The notes: generated by a model from the sequence alone, not told the origin. 64,000 nt of DNA from Nitrososphaerota archaeon (GCA_041641305.1 JBEPYN010000002.1:288001-352000), one strand, 5' to 3'. Shown: positions 39,151-49,334, counted from the first letter of the stretch. Numbers and translations: made by a program.

Positions 39151-39180
39151 AGTTTTTGAGAAAGACATATGTGATGCCCT

Positions 39181-39844
39181 CTATCCGTTCACCTCCCCAT
39201 CGTTGGCCTTACTAAGGCTCCGGTTCTGCTGGACGCCGTCAGCCCTTAGCTTTCTATACAGGTTTTCTACTTCGTCTAGACATTTTAAGAAATCCTCCCC
39301 CAGCTTGGTGATCTTGCAGTATTCTGTATTCGCCAGAGTTTTTACAAGTCACGTATGAATAAGGTTCCCAGCCTCATGTTTCAGGAACCGTACCCCATGT
39401 GCAATGTCGCGCAGTATCTGAATATCGTTTCTAGTCAGCCATGTGATGTCAGCCACATTATGACCTCTGCTTCTCATCATATAGCTGACCAGCTTTAGCT
39501 TGTTGATGTGTAAACTATCTGGCGAAAAGCGCCACCCATATTTTAACAGGTCTACTAAGAAACCATTGGTCAGCATGTTTTTTAAACCCTTCACGATCCT
39601 AATCCTCCCGAAGTTTTCGAGAAAGGACTCCCCCTGAAGAGTTATATCCACGTATTTTTGATTTGGTGCAAAGGCCCAGTTCAACAAGCTCTGTCACCTG
39701 CTGCCTTGTCAGCCCCAGCTCCGAAGGCTTAAGGGGCCCCTCTAGGTAGAGCCGCATCAACACCTTAACCAGCTTACGCTTGCTCAAACGCTCCGCCTCT
39801 ACTTGTCTACCAATGCTTTGTCCTTCCTTTCCATTCAGGTTCAT
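39181..39844 (-). pseudogene. Tandem winged-helix protein, interrupted by a frameshift and an in-frame stop
   Basis: ELVELGLCTKSK/YVDITLQGESFL has a frameshift in the A5 run at about 39655-39659. NLIHT*LVKT...CKITKLGEDFL has TGA at 39349-39351. The frame closes at TAG 39181. Confidence 0.7.
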
Positions 39845-39975
39845 ACCGATTCTAGCATTCTACGTATGTCCAAAAACATAAGAGTTACATGATAGTGTCG
39901 TACAAAAACAAAGATGTAGTACACGATTCGAAAACCCACTTTCGGGCCACTCTCTTAACATATAGTCTTAATTAG

Positions 39976-40749
39976 ATGAGGATTAGGCTGAGGCCGGCAA
40001 AGACAAGAAAAATAGAGATCCGCGTAGAAGAACAAACCTACAAAGCCATAGAAAGCCAAATCAAGGCCGGAGAGGCGAGAGACATCAGCAGCTATGTGAG
40101 AAAAGCATTAGAACTCAAGCTCAGGAAAAACAACCACCAGACAACCACAAACATCTCAAAACTTCTCACCGACGAACTTGAGCAGGAGATGGAAAACTTT
40201 CTAAACTCCTCCTTAGCAGCTAAACTAGGGATAGAGAACAAGCATCAGCTAATATCCCAAGCCGTCAGATCCTTCCTACACACCTATCGCCCATTTCTCC
40301 ACAGAACGGACAGTACACGAATATTCCTGCGACTCAACGACACAATCTACGTCACAATATGTACAACACGTCCAGGGCTAGCATACCATTGGAGACAGCT
40401 CCTGAAATTCATCCATGAAAATGGCATAGCAATAAAGGTCAAGCTTTACTTATCAAGAGACAGCGAACACCTCATAGAAGCATATCTAGCAGCCCTAACT
40501 GTCAACGCCACATTCATCATAGGCAAGTTCACCGAAACCACAACCGCCAAAATGGAGCTAGAGGACACCCTCACCCTAATCAACGAGCTGGGAATACCGC
40601 TAGAGATAATAACGGCCACAGACCAATCATACAAAGGCACACAACATCTCCTCGAAGAAGCACAACAGAAAGAACAACAGCTAGAAGCCTACACCCTAAA
40701 AGAAATCGAAACAACACTCATATCAAAAAGACAAAACATAACAAATTAA
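39976..40749 (+). CDS. Protein with N-terminal ribbon-helix-helix-like domain(s)
   Basis: KIEIRVEEQTYKAIE...ISSYVRKAL, plus a second similar segment ...NKHQLISQAVRSFL. Confidence 0.6.
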   Translation: MRIRLRPAKTRKIEIRVEEQTYKAIESQIKAGEARDISSYVRKALELKLRKNNHQTTTNISKLLTDELEQEMENFLNSSLAAKLGIENKHQLISQAVRSFLHTYRPFLHRTDSTRIFLRLNDTIYVTICTTRPGLAYHWRQLLKFIHENGIAIKVKLYLSRDSEHLIEAYLAALTVNATFIIGKFTETTTAKMELEDTLTLINELGIPLEIITATDQSYKGTQHLLEEAQQKEQQLEAYTLKEIETTLISKRQNITN

Positions 40750-40761
40750 ACAGACAAAACA

Positions 40762-40784
40762 CCCAAAAAAGAAAAAAGAAAAAG
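40762..40784 (-). terminator. Oligo-U terminator after rps19
   Basis: A-tracts on the plus strand immediately past the rps19 stop (U-tracts in the mRNA). Confidence 0.65.
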
Positions 40785-41204
40785 TCACTTCAACGGGACG
40801 TACATGCTGCTTCTGGTGGCTCCTATGCCTGCTCTTCCGTGGACAACTCTTTTGTTTGTAATGGCGTATTCGCCTAGTCTATGGCCTATCATTTCGGGTG
40901 TTATCTCGACGGGTTGGAATTCTTTTCCGTTGTGGACATGTATGGTGAGGCCGACCATTTCGGGGAGTATGAACATGTCGCGGCAGTGTGTTTTGATGGG
41001 TTTCTCGAGCTTCTGACCTGATTCGAGAAGTTTTTTGGCTTTGCGGATTTTGAGGAGGAGTTTGGACTGGGCGGGTGTGAGGCCCCGTTTGTAGAGGCTG
41101 CGTCGCGCTCTGCTGGGGAGAAGCTTGATTACGGTATCCATGCTCATCGACTTAAGCTGTTCGACGGTGTATCCGCGGTATGTCAGCTCCCTAACCATTT
41201 CCAC
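40785..41204 (-). CDS. rps19p: 30S ribosomal protein S19 (uS19)
   Basis: YRGYT, KTHCRDM, HNGKEF, IGHRLGE, GATRSS. Confidence 0.96.
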   Translation of the reverse strand: MEMVRELTYRGYTVEQLKSMSMDTVIKLLPSRARRSLYKRGLTPAQSKLLLKIRKAKKLLESGQKLEKPIKTHCRDMFILPEMVGLTIHVHNGKEFQPVEITPEMIGHRLGEYAITNKRVVHGRAGIGATRSSMYVPLK

Positions 41205-41317
41205 CTATGTTCAGGAACGGTTTCTAATAAAGACACTCCTCTACCACGCCGCCGTCTCCTGAAGCAAGGATCTGGACCCGTGAAAACCGTATGCCCCCAC
41301 GCGGTTCTTGTTGTGTT

Positions 41318-42040
41318 TTACGCTTTTTTCTTGCGGCCTGTTCTCCGTGCGGCGATGAGGCCGACTTTTCTGCCGGGTGGTGTGGTGCGTTTGACTGTTT
41401 CAGGTCTTCCGATGCGTTTGTGGCTGCCTCCGCCGAATGGGTGGACGGCGGGAACCATTGCGACTCCTCGTGACTTGGGCCAGTACCTGTGCCGTGCTCT
41501 CATCAGGTAGTATTTTGCGCCTGCTTTTAGGAAGGGTTTCTCGCCTCTTCCGCCGCCTGCCACAACACCGATGACCGCGAAAGCTTTTGCAGACACTTCC
41601 ACATCTTTCTTCGACGGCAGCTTGAGGACGGTGCGGTCTCCCAGCTGGGCGGTGACCACGGCGTAGGATCCGGAGGAGCGTACAAGCTTCCCGCCGTCGC
41701 CGGGTATCCGTTCAACGGTTGACACCACACCTCCTTCGGGAACTTTGCCTACTGGCAGGATGTTGCCGGGAGCGGGTTTAGCGGCTTCGCCTATCTCGAT
41801 GACTTGGCCCCTGTACATGCCTTCTACGGCTGGGATGTAGAACTCTGTTCCGTCGTGTCTTAGCACCGCCACTGGCGCTCCTCGGCCCGGGTCATGAACT
41901 ATGTCGCTGACAACAGCTGTCGTGAGGCTTTTCCCGCTGAAGAGCTGAGACGGGAGCCCGACCATGTATCGGCGGTGTTTAGAGGCTATGAACCGTGGCG
42001 AACCCCTGCCAATTCTCTGGGCCCTAATATTTCTTCCCAT
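41318..42040 (-). CDS. rpl2p: 50S ribosomal protein L2 (uL2)
   Basis: HDPGRGAP, RGVAM, HPFGGG, PPGRKVGLIAARRTG. Confidence 0.97.
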   Translation of the reverse strand: MGRNIRAQRIGRGSPRFIASKHRRYMVGLPSQLFSGKSLTTAVVSDIVHDPGRGAPVAVLRHDGTEFYIPAVEGMYRGQVIEIGEAAKPAPGNILPVGKVPEGGVVSTVERIPGDGGKLVRSSGSYAVVTAQLGDRTVLKLPSKKDVEVSAKAFAVIGVVAGGGRGEKPFLKAGAKYYLMRARHRYWPKSRGVAMVPAVHPFGGGSHKRIGRPETVKRTTPPGRKVGLIAARRTGRKKKA

Positions 42041-42053
42041 AACTCTCCACCAT

Positions 42054-42314
42054 CTAGAATATTCCGAGTTTGACCGCGAGGTCGGAGGCCTTGTACTCGG
42101 GCTTGAGTTTGACGTATGCCTTTTTCTCGCCGCGGCTGGTTATCAGCGTGTTTACCTTCTCCACTTTCACGTCATAGAGCTGTTCGACGGCGTTTTTTAT
42201 CATGTGCTTGTCTGCCCTGAGGTCGACTATGAAGACCAGCTTGTTCTCGGACTCGATGAGGGATACTGTATCCTGTGTGATGTAAACACGTTTCACAACA
42301 TCCTGTGGGTTCAT
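42054..42314 (-). CDS. rpl23p: 50S ribosomal protein L23 (uL23)
   Basis: [22 protein letters not shown]. Confidence 0.96.
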   Translation of the reverse strand: MNPQDVVKRVYITQDTVSLIESENKLVFIVDLRADKHMIKNAVEQLYDVKVEKVNTLITSRGEKKAYVKLKPEYKASDLAVKLGIF

Positions 42315-43129
42315 TTCAGCCTCTCCTCCAGCGCTTTGAGCGCCGACTTTGTGAATAAAGTGAGTCTGCCAGGCTTTGCTCCGGGTGCGAGATGTAGGAC
42401 GCTGAGGTCTTTGGCGGTGACGACTTCTACACCAGGGATGTTTGACGCGGCTTTTCCTATTCCACGGTCGGCTGAGACAACTATCAAGGGCCCTTTTCTC
42501 CGCTTGTATCTTCTACCCCTCATCTTACCCTTTCCAGCTCTCACCTTTTTCTGGCTGCATCTCTTCAGCTCCTCGCCGAGACCAAGCTTGGCCAGAAAGC
42601 TCCTTGCCTCCGACGTCTTGGAAACGGTCTCGAGACGATCGTCCACTATCAGCGGGAGAGATGTTTGCTCAGTTATTCTATGGCCGCGTGCCTTGACGTG
42701 TTGAGGTGAGGCTGTGAATGCGAGTGCGGAGAGTAACGCGTTCCACAGTTCTTTTTTGTTGATTTTCTTATGTATCTTTTTCTCGGGTGTTGGGGGATGT
42801 GTTGGGCGACCGCCTACAGCTGAGGGAACCATGCCGCCCGCTCCATACTTTGGCGAACCTCTACCCTTTATACGGGATATGCGGGCTAATCCGAACCCGG
42901 GTCCCCATGACTCAACGGAGTGTTTGTGTCCCGAGAGCTTGGATGTGCCTTTTGGCTGGAGGCTGTGTGTCGCGAGGTGGATGTAGGCTCGTGTGACGAG
43001 GTCTTCGCGGAGAGGTGCTGAGAAAAAGTTTGGGAGCTGTATTGTTTCAGTGGCTTCGCCTTCGAGGTTGTAGACGTTGGTTGTCCGCTGCTGAGGCTTC
43101 TGGAGAAGAAGAGTAGAAGTGAAATCCAT
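42311..43129 (-). CDS. rpl4p: 50S ribosomal protein L4 (uL4)
   Basis: [33 protein letters not shown]. Confidence 0.96.
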   Translation of the reverse strand: MDFTSTLLLQKPQQRTTNVYNLEGEATETIQLPNFFSAPLREDLVTRAYIHLATHSLQPKGTSKLSGHKHSVESWGPGFGLARISRIKGRGSPKYGAGGMVPSAVGGRPTHPPTPEKKIHKKINKKELWNALLSALAFTASPQHVKARGHRITEQTSLPLIVDDRLETVSKTSEARSFLAKLGLGEELKRCSQKKVRAGKGKMRGRRYKRRKGPLIVVSADRGIGKAASNIPGVEVVTAKDLSVLHLAPGAKPGRLTLFTKSALKALEERLK

Positions 43130-43132
43130 TCA

Positions 43133-44095
43133 CTACACCTCAAGTAAAGTGATTTCAGGGGCCTCCATCTGCTTGGGAGGTCTGGCCGGTGCACGGAGAA
43201 CAAGCGGCCTTAGAGGAGTGCCGGCGACCGAGCCCTCTAAGACAACGTAATCAGTTTTGATAACGCCGAACCTGTGCCATCCCGACTTCGGGTTAATCGC
43301 CGCAGGGTCATCGCCAATCCTGAGTATGCGTTTGTTAAACTCTGTCCGCCGATGATAGCCCATCTGCCCAGACCTCGGAACCGTGTACATGACGTAATGC
43401 GGGTTCCACGGCCCTATAGCAGCCACACCTCTTCTCGTTTTACGGGATTTACGCTGCAGAATAGAGACACCGTATCTCTTGACAACGCCTTGGAAGCCTT
43501 TGCCCTTGGTTACAGCTATAACGTCTATGAACTGGCCCTCTTTGAAGACATCTGTTATGCGGAGGTCTTTTCCGAGAAGCTGCTTCGCTTTCTCCAAGGC
43601 TTCATCAGGTTTGCCGCCCACCTTGATCTCCAATATCCTCGGCGTCTTGCCCGCGCCCACCAGCCTTGGCTGCGTCGCCACCACCAGCCTCACCTCATCC
43701 ACACCATCTTTGAGCTGGCCGATCTCGTCGGCGGATGGCTCAGGCTTGAACGTCGGGTTTCTCCTCTTCACATCCTCCGGCACCTCCCTGCTCCAGTATC
43801 TTCCTATGTTGACGAGTGCTCCGTCTTCGCTGCGGTAGAGGGAGATTCCTATGACTTTGAGGGGTGGAGCAGCGACCACTGTGCATGCTTTAGCTACCTC
43901 GCTTCCCTGCGTTGGCGAGTTGGGAGTGTTGTCGACGTAGTGCACCATAGTCATGCCAACCTTGTAGCCAACGAAGCCGAGAACACCCTCTCCATCGGGC
44001 CAGTGCTTGACCCGGGGAAGAATGCTCACCGCTCGGCCCCGCGGCAGATAAGCCAGAGACCCATGCCTCGGCCGCGAATACTTACGTCTGCCCAA
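43133..44095 (-). CDS. rpl3p: 50S ribosomal protein L3 (uL3)
   Basis: PRHGSLAYLPR, GYKVGMT, TKGKGFQG, GQMGYHRRTE. Confidence 0.97.
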   Translation of the reverse strand: MGRRKYSRPRHGSLAYLPRGRAVSILPRVKHWPDGEGVLGFVGYKVGMTMVHYVDNTPNSPTQGSEVAKACTVVAAPPLKVIGISLYRSEDGALVNIGRYWSREVPEDVKRRNPTFKPEPSADEIGQLKDGVDEVRLVVATQPRLVGAGKTPRILEIKVGGKPDEALEKAKQLLGKDLRITDVFKEGQFIDVIAVTKGKGFQGVVKRYGVSILQRKSRKTRRGVAAIGPWNPHYVMYTVPRSGQMGYHRRTEFNKRILRIGDDPAAINPKSGWHRFGVIKTDYVVLEGSVAGTPLRPLVLRAPARPPKQMEAPEITLLEV

Positions 44096-44186
44096 TTTCC
44101 ACTACCTGCGTTCACCTCTAGGATGCATGATAAAAACCTTACAGAGGGTTTCAAGACTTATTTGCCGCCCAAACAGCTTGGAAGCC

Positions 44187-44660
44187 ATGAGCGACGAAAT
44201 TACAGACGAGATAATCGGTTTAATAACTTCGGAGAACGTTGTGGGGCTGGCTACGCATAGACACTATCCACGTGAGAGAATAATCTACTCGAGGTTCGGT
44301 AGATGCGGGTTCGCTATCGACGTGGTTAAGAATGTTGACGGAGTGAGGAAAACCTTCTCGGTCCTCGTCGAAGCCCATGTCGACACCGCGTCAGACAAGG
44401 TTGAGGACTTTTACAAGCTGCCGGGGAAAATCATCTACATCTTATCGTCGCCGTCGGATGGTGGAAGGGTTTTGAAGAGGCGTGAGGCGGCTTACAGGGA
44501 TGGTGATGACCTTTTCAGCAGAGTGGAACGGGTGCGGAGAAGCTTCTACAGCGTCTACAGCAGGTTGAAGGAGAAGGAGAAAGAGGCAGTAACCCGAATA
44601 GGTGAAGAGATTTTCCACGCAGTCGGGTTGACGGCCGACGAGCTTCACCTCGGCGTCTAA
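44187..44660 (+). CDS. Hypothetical protein
   Basis: 157-aa ORF from ATG 44187, divergent from rpl3p, with host-like codon usage. Confidence 0.65.
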   Translation: MSDEITDEIIGLITSENVVGLATHRHYPRERIIYSRFGRCGFAIDVVKNVDGVRKTFSVLVEAHVDTASDKVEDFYKLPGKIIYILSSPSDGGRVLKRREAAYRDGDDLFSRVERVRRSFYSVYSRLKEKEKEAVTRIGEEIFHAVGLTADELHLGV

Positions 44661-44812
44661 CTCTTCACACCCGGTATCCGATAGGTCCTGTTCTCTTCAT
44701 CGCTGTGAACAAAAACGTCCCCGCATTTCCTACACCGGAAATATTTGTTGACACCCCTCTCCGCTTTCTGGTCACCGATAAACTCGAGGACATGTTCGCA
44801 GGATTCTGACAT
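44657..44812 (-). CDS. Small Zn-ribbon-like protein (51 aa, below ORF-track cutoff)
   Basis: MSESCEHVLEFIGDQKAERGVNKYFRCRKCGDVFVHSDEENRTYRIPGVKS (CxH...CxxC). Confidence 0.65.
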   Translation of the reverse strand: MSESCEHVLEFIGDQKAERGVNKYFRCRKCGDVFVHSDEENRTYRIPGVKS

Positions 44813-44865
44813 GTATGGGGTTTGTATGCGTTGGCTATATGTTTTCGAGGCGGGTTTGAGGCCCT

Positions 44866-46068
44866 ATGATGAAGTATCTGCTGACCTCTGCTGGTGACGA
44901 GGGGCCGCGGACGTTCAAAGCAAGCCGCCGCATCGACCTTAGCCAAATGATGCTCCACGTCGAAGGCGAAAACACAGCTGTGGAGGGTTTCTTCGAGGGA
45001 GTGCGTGACAACGAGGCGGTGTCCATCATCTATCCTCCCGTTGAGAAGACTCCAACTGTTCCTCGGACGTTTGACAAGGTTGTAGAATGGCTGAGGTTGT
45101 CTGAGGGGTTTGCAGGAGGCGTCGTAGACGGCGGATGCCTTGTGTTCAGGGATGTTGTCGGGCTTGTGCCTGTTTTCGCCGACAGGGAGGGGTATATTGT
45201 TACCAACGTGAAGGCTGAGGCTTTGGTGAGAGGTCTCGAGCCCCTGCCACCTGCCACTGCTCTCAACACATCAACCAAGGAAACAGTCAGATACCATAAA
45301 TGGCGGAACGTTGAGGCTGGGCCTCATCAGCTTCTCGAAACATTGGAAAAAGCCGTAGAGAAATTCTGTCCACGCCATGTATCGGTCTTCTTCTCAGGAG
45401 GTTTGGACAGTCTAATTCTCGCAAAGCTTTTACAGGACAGTGGCTTTTCACCTCTTCTTCTTACTGTTGGGACCGTGGATAGCCACGACTTCGCAGCCGC
45501 GGAGGCCGCTGCATCGTTTCTAGGTATGGATGTTGAGAAAACGGTTGTTGATGAGAAGATTGTGGCGGAGGCTTTGGAGATGATTGAAAAAGTGCTGGGA
45601 CCCCTCGGTTACATGGATGCGGCCATCGCTGTCGCCATGTATCTCCTCTCGAAAAAATCCATGGAGATGGGGTGTGGGACGGCGGTTTTGGGGCAGGGGG
45701 CTGACGAGCTCTTCGGCGGCTACATGAAGTATGAGAAGGTGTTTCATGAGCAAGGGTATCCCGCGCTAGCACATGCTCTCCAGAGAGATTTTGAGATGCT
45801 TGCTGTCGAGGGGTTGGTGAGGGATTTCACCGCAGTGAGGCTTGGCGGCGCATATCCACTCCCGCTTTATCTCACCCGAGATGTTGTCTCGGTGGCCTTG
45901 TCCATGCCAGTGGAGCAGAAGTTAGGGACTCATGGTGGAATGGTTATGAGGAAACAGGTTTTACGGATGGTGGGCAAGATGCTGGGGCTCGGCGACTTGG
46001 CTGACAGAAGTAAAAAAGCTCTTCAATATGGGTCGGGGTTGATGAAGATGGTGAGAAGACTTCGTTGA
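44866..46068 (+). CDS. Asparagine synthetase-like PP-loop protein with degenerate glutaminase domain
   Basis: FSGGLDS, GQGADELFGGY, KKALQYGSG; no N-terminal catalytic Cys. Confidence 0.8.
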   Translation: MMKYLLTSAGDEGPRTFKASRRIDLSQMMLHVEGENTAVEGFFEGVRDNEAVSIIYPPVEKTPTVPRTFDKVVEWLRLSEGFAGGVVDGGCLVFRDVVGLVPVFADREGYIVTNVKAEALVRGLEPLPPATALNTSTKETVRYHKWRNVEAGPHQLLETLEKAVEKFCPRHVSVFFSGGLDSLILAKLLQDSGFSPLLLTVGTVDSHDFAAAEAAASFLGMDVEKTVVDEKIVAEALEMIEKVLGPLGYMDAAIAVAMYLLSKKSMEMGCGTAVLGQGADELFGGYMKYEKVFHEQGYPALAHALQRDFEMLAVEGLVRDFTAVRLGGAYPLPLYLTRDVVSVALSMPVEQKLGTHGGMVMRKQVLRMVGKMLGLGDLADRSKKALQYGSGLMKMVRRLR

Positions 46069-46532
46069 AGCAGCTTGTCTCAGCACTTCTTCTTCTCAAG
46101 AGGCTTCCGCGCACGGGCTGGCTCGAGGAAGGTGTCAAAGATCCCGAAAGTGTGGCAAGCCACAGCTACTCCCTCGCGGTATTGGCCATGGTGGAGGCCG
46201 AAGCTCGTGGCCTCGATGCCTGCAAAGCCGTGAAAATGGCCCTACTACACGACCTCGCCGAAAGCTACACAGGAGACCTAACACCCGCCACCAAGAAAAA
46301 CATCCCAAAAAACATACTGCACCAAGTCGAGAAAGCAATTATCAGAGAACTGGTCTCCAGCCTCCCAGCCCAAACCGCCCAGCAATACATCAAGCTACAC
46401 GAAGAATACCTTAGGAGAAAAACCCCAGAAGCACGTCTTGTCCACAGGCTCGACCGCAGAGAACTCGTCGCAGAAGCCCTCTGGCTCAACAAAAGACAAA
46501 GAATCAACTTGGAAAGATTCGGCATAGCTTAA
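46065..46532 (+). CDS. HD-domain 5'-deoxynucleotidase (YfbR/HDDC2-like)
   Basis: LKRLPRTGW, ESVASHS, LHDLAESYTGD. Confidence 0.9.
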   Translation: MKQLVSALLLLKRLPRTGWLEEGVKDPESVASHSYSLAVLAMVEAEARGLDACKAVKMALLHDLAESYTGDLTPATKKNIPKNILHQVEKAIIRELVSSLPAQTAQQYIKLHEEYLRRKTPEARLVHRLDRRELVAEALWLNKRQRINLERFGIA

Positions 46533-46554
46533 AAGCGACGGGGCCATTGATTGC

Positions 46555-47628
46555 TTGGGTTTGGCGGCTGACGACTACGTAGTGAAGGCGCTTCTCTCAG
46601 GTTTTCCGTTTCTGAGAGAAGTTAGGGACTATGTTGCGCAGCAGGGATTGCGTCTAGAGGATTTTGAGGGCAACAACGAGTACCTCGAGGCTGCTGTGAG
46701 GAGGGTTGAGGAGGCTCTCCGCCGCTGGCCCGCACAACGTCTTCAACACTTTGAGACAAGCGATGTCGAAATCTTCAGCCACCCACTTGCCATGGCTCTT
46801 GTAGCGATGCTTGACAGCCCCTTCGCCAAGAGAAGGTTCGCGGCCTACGAGGCCGAAAGATATGCGGCGATGTTGAAAAACACACGAGAGGAGCAGCGGA
46901 AGGTTCTCGCATACGTGATGTCCGAGGTTCTTGGCATGAGGATAAGAGAGGGCCAGCCGCCGTATGAGTATTGGATACATTTCGTCGACTATCTCAGACA
47001 TGCTACACCCCTCAACGAGCCGCGGTTCAAACTGGTAAACAGAATCCTTGACAAAGGATACGTCGCCGTGACACGCAGCGAAGCACTGACGCTTGTCAAA
47101 AACGGCCTCGAGAAACTCATCCATCAGAGGCTCGAGAAAATGGGCAGCCTAGCTCCACCACCCTTCCTCGAAAAACATGTGCAGAGGTTGAAGAAGCTGC
47201 TTGAATCTGTTCACCAGAGAGAAGCGGCTCCCGCTGTTAGGCTTGACCCCGACAAATGGCCGCCATGCATGCAGGCTCTTCGGAAACGTCTTCTCGCAGG
47301 CGAGCCGGTGAGTCATTTCGGCAACTTCGCCGCCGCAGCCTTCATGCTACGCATAGGTATGACCGTGGAAGAGGTTGTCAACATCTACAGCCAGCGGGGA
47401 GACTTCGACCCCAAGATAGCGAGGTATCAGGTCGAGCACATCGCAGGCCTCAAGGGAAGCCGGACAAAATACAGCGTCCCCCGATGCGCAACCATGCAGA
47501 CACACGGTCTCTGCATAGAGGAGGGCAGGCTCTGCGGAGGCGTCAAAACACCTCTTCAGTTTTATAAGAGAGTGAAAGCTGGAATAAGAAATGAGCGGAG
47601 CAGGGCAGACGCTTCTGCAGGCGGTTAA
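46555..47628 (+). CDS. priL: DNA primase large subunit
   Basis: FKLVNR, WPPCM, DFDPKIARYQVEHIAG, YSVPRCATM...C (Fe-S Cys). Confidence 0.92.
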   Translation: MGLAADDYVVKALLSGFPFLREVRDYVAQQGLRLEDFEGNNEYLEAAVRRVEEALRRWPAQRLQHFETSDVEIFSHPLAMALVAMLDSPFAKRRFAAYEAERYAAMLKNTREEQRKVLAYVMSEVLGMRIREGQPPYEYWIHFVDYLRHATPLNEPRFKLVNRILDKGYVAVTRSEALTLVKNGLEKLIHQRLEKMGSLAPPPFLEKHVQRLKKLLESVHQREAAPAVRLDPDKWPPCMQALRKRLLAGEPVSHFGNFAAAAFMLRIGMTVEEVVNIYSQRGDFDPKIARYQVEHIAGLKGSRTKYSVPRCATMQTHGLCIEEGRLCGGVKTPLQFYKRVKAGIRNERSRADASAGG

Positions 47629-48808
47629 ACGTAACCTTGCACTCATAGCCGCGGCACAGGCTTTTTTGACGATTAATGTCCAGACATTTGTGGTGCATGT
47701 TCCGATAACAATATCTCTCCTAGGCGGGTCGGCTGCTCTGGCTGGGCTGGGTTCTGCGCTGATGTGGGGTGGGAGAATCGTGACAACCTATCAGATGGGT
47801 AGGCTGATGGACAGAGTTGGACGAATGCCGATCATCTACTCGGGAATGGTTATAGTAGCGTTGTCCGCGGCAGCTGCCTCGTTTTTCTACCAGCAACGGT
47901 TCATGGAGGCTTTCCTGCTAGTGATTGTCTTGTTCGGTGTTGGCCGTGGGATGGCTGACTATGGCAGGATGGCCGCTGGAGACATGCTGCCGCCCGAGAA
48001 ACGCGGCGTGGGAACAGGTGTTATCTTGACTGGGAGCATGGTGGGAACTTTGGCTGTGCCGCCGATAGTCGCGGCTGTTCAGATGCTCGCGGGCGGGGAA
48101 AACATCGCCGCAACCTATCTCATGCTCATACCCTTCGCCGCCGCAGGCTTTGCTGTTGCATACGCCGTGAAACCCGACCCGCTCCAGATAGCCAAGGCCC
48201 TCAGATACAGTAACCCAGCCGAAACACCTCAACAAGCCGCAAGAAAGCTCTCGGCCATCATAAACCGTAGACTGGTTTTCGCATACGTGTCGGCCGCGGT
48301 GGCCACGGGTGTGATGGTTGCCTTCATGTCGCTCGGCTCCCTGCTCCTACATCTCGGACATGTTGAGACAACAGTCATCTCAGCCATCGTAACCGTCCAC
48401 GTCATAGGGATGTACGCGTTCTCCATACCTCTTGGAAAAGCAGCCGATATGGTTGGAAGAGTGCCTGTCACGCTGGCTGGGGTGATTGTCTGCTCCATAG
48501 GCTCCTACATAATGTCCGTCAGCAAAAGCCTCGACATAGTCACCCTAGGCATGTTTCTCGTCGGCGTGGGATGGAGCGCGGCAACAGTCGGCTCAATAGC
48601 CCTCATCTCAGACGAGACACAGCCATCCGAGAGAGGAAAAGCCATGGGCCTCAACGACACAACCACAGCACTCACATCACTCACCGCACCAATACTACTA
48701 TCAATAATCTTCCAAAACCACGGAAACACAGCTCTAGGCCTCGCAGGACTGGCAGCAGCCACACCAACAATAATACTCGCAATAACCACCAAAAACAAAA
48801 AAGAGTAA
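47591..48808 (+). CDS. MFS transporter
   Basis: GRLMDRVGR and GKAADMVGR motifs; about 12 TM segments. Confidence 0.88.
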   Translation: MSGAGQTLLQAVKRNLALIAAAQAFLTINVQTFVVHVPITISLLGGSAALAGLGSALMWGGRIVTTYQMGRLMDRVGRMPIIYSGMVIVALSAAAASFFYQQRFMEAFLLVIVLFGVGRGMADYGRMAAGDMLPPEKRGVGTGVILTGSMVGTLAVPPIVAAVQMLAGGENIAATYLMLIPFAAAGFAVAYAVKPDPLQIAKALRYSNPAETPQQAARKLSAIINRRLVFAYVSAAVATGVMVAFMSLGSLLLHLGHVETTVISAIVTVHVIGMYAFSIPLGKAADMVGRVPVTLAGVIVCSIGSYIMSVSKSLDIVTLGMFLVGVGWSAATVGSIALISDETQPSERGKAMGLNDTTTALTSLTAPILLSIIFQNHGNTALGLAGLAAATPTIILAITTKNKKE

Positions 48809-48852
48809 TAGACCTCGGCTTCACAAATTTTTTATCAACGTAGTTAAAATTA

Positions 48853-49099
48853 ATGGAACGGGTTTTATTGGTGCTAATTTTTAGGCCTCCTATGGTTTGT
48901 TTTTCTGACAAGTCTTGGCATCACATATCGACTAGGCATTCTGAAGTATCACCTTACAGAGATGAAATAGTCAACACGGTTAAGGAGTCTGACATTTGGT
49001 GGTTGTTTATAGGGTGTTGACGAGAAAAAGCATATTATAACCGCATACTTTACATTAGATGTGGGGAGGTTAAAGGGTGAGGTTGTTTGGAGAAAATAG
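48853..49099 (+). pseudogene. Broken RelE/DUF4258-like RNase toxin upstream of DUF2283 gene
   Basis: SWHHISTRHSE...IVNTVKESD, then after an internal deletion and frameshifts VVVYR...HIITAYFT...GEVVWRK*, overlapping the next gene. Confidence 0.6.
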
Positions 49100-49302
49100 C
49101 TCTTAAACTTTACGTAGATTATGATGAGGATAATGATGTTCTCTACATATCTTTCGGCGAGCCACGGGAGGCCGATGACAGCGTAGAGTCTCAGGAAGGA
49201 GTCATATTGCGAACAAGAGAGGGAGAACTAGTAGGGATAACGATAGTAGGGCTCAAGTCGCGAAAGAAAATAAACCATAATAAGCCTCCGCAGAGTTTCT
49301 GA
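49087..49302 (+). CDS. DUF2283-family putative antitoxin
   Basis: YDEDNDVLYISF...GELVGITI. Confidence 0.8.
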   Translation: MEKIALKLYVDYDEDNDVLYISFGEPREADDSVESQEGVILRTREGELVGITIVGLKSRKKINHNKPPQSF

Positions 49303-49334
49303 ACCCTATTCAACAAAGAAAACAAAATAAAGAA

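Noticed and set aside
39349-39351. Selenocysteine or readthrough TGA in the wHTH gene
   Set aside because: The position corresponds to the Gly of the wHTH L...GLV motif (GGA to TGA) and the gene also has a frameshift, so a nonsense mutation is simpler.
41964-44260. Long plus-strand ORFs (246 aa, 328 aa) and similar antisense ORFs across the window
   Set aside because: They are shadows of ribosomal protein and other well-supported genes on the opposite strand and have no motifs of their own.
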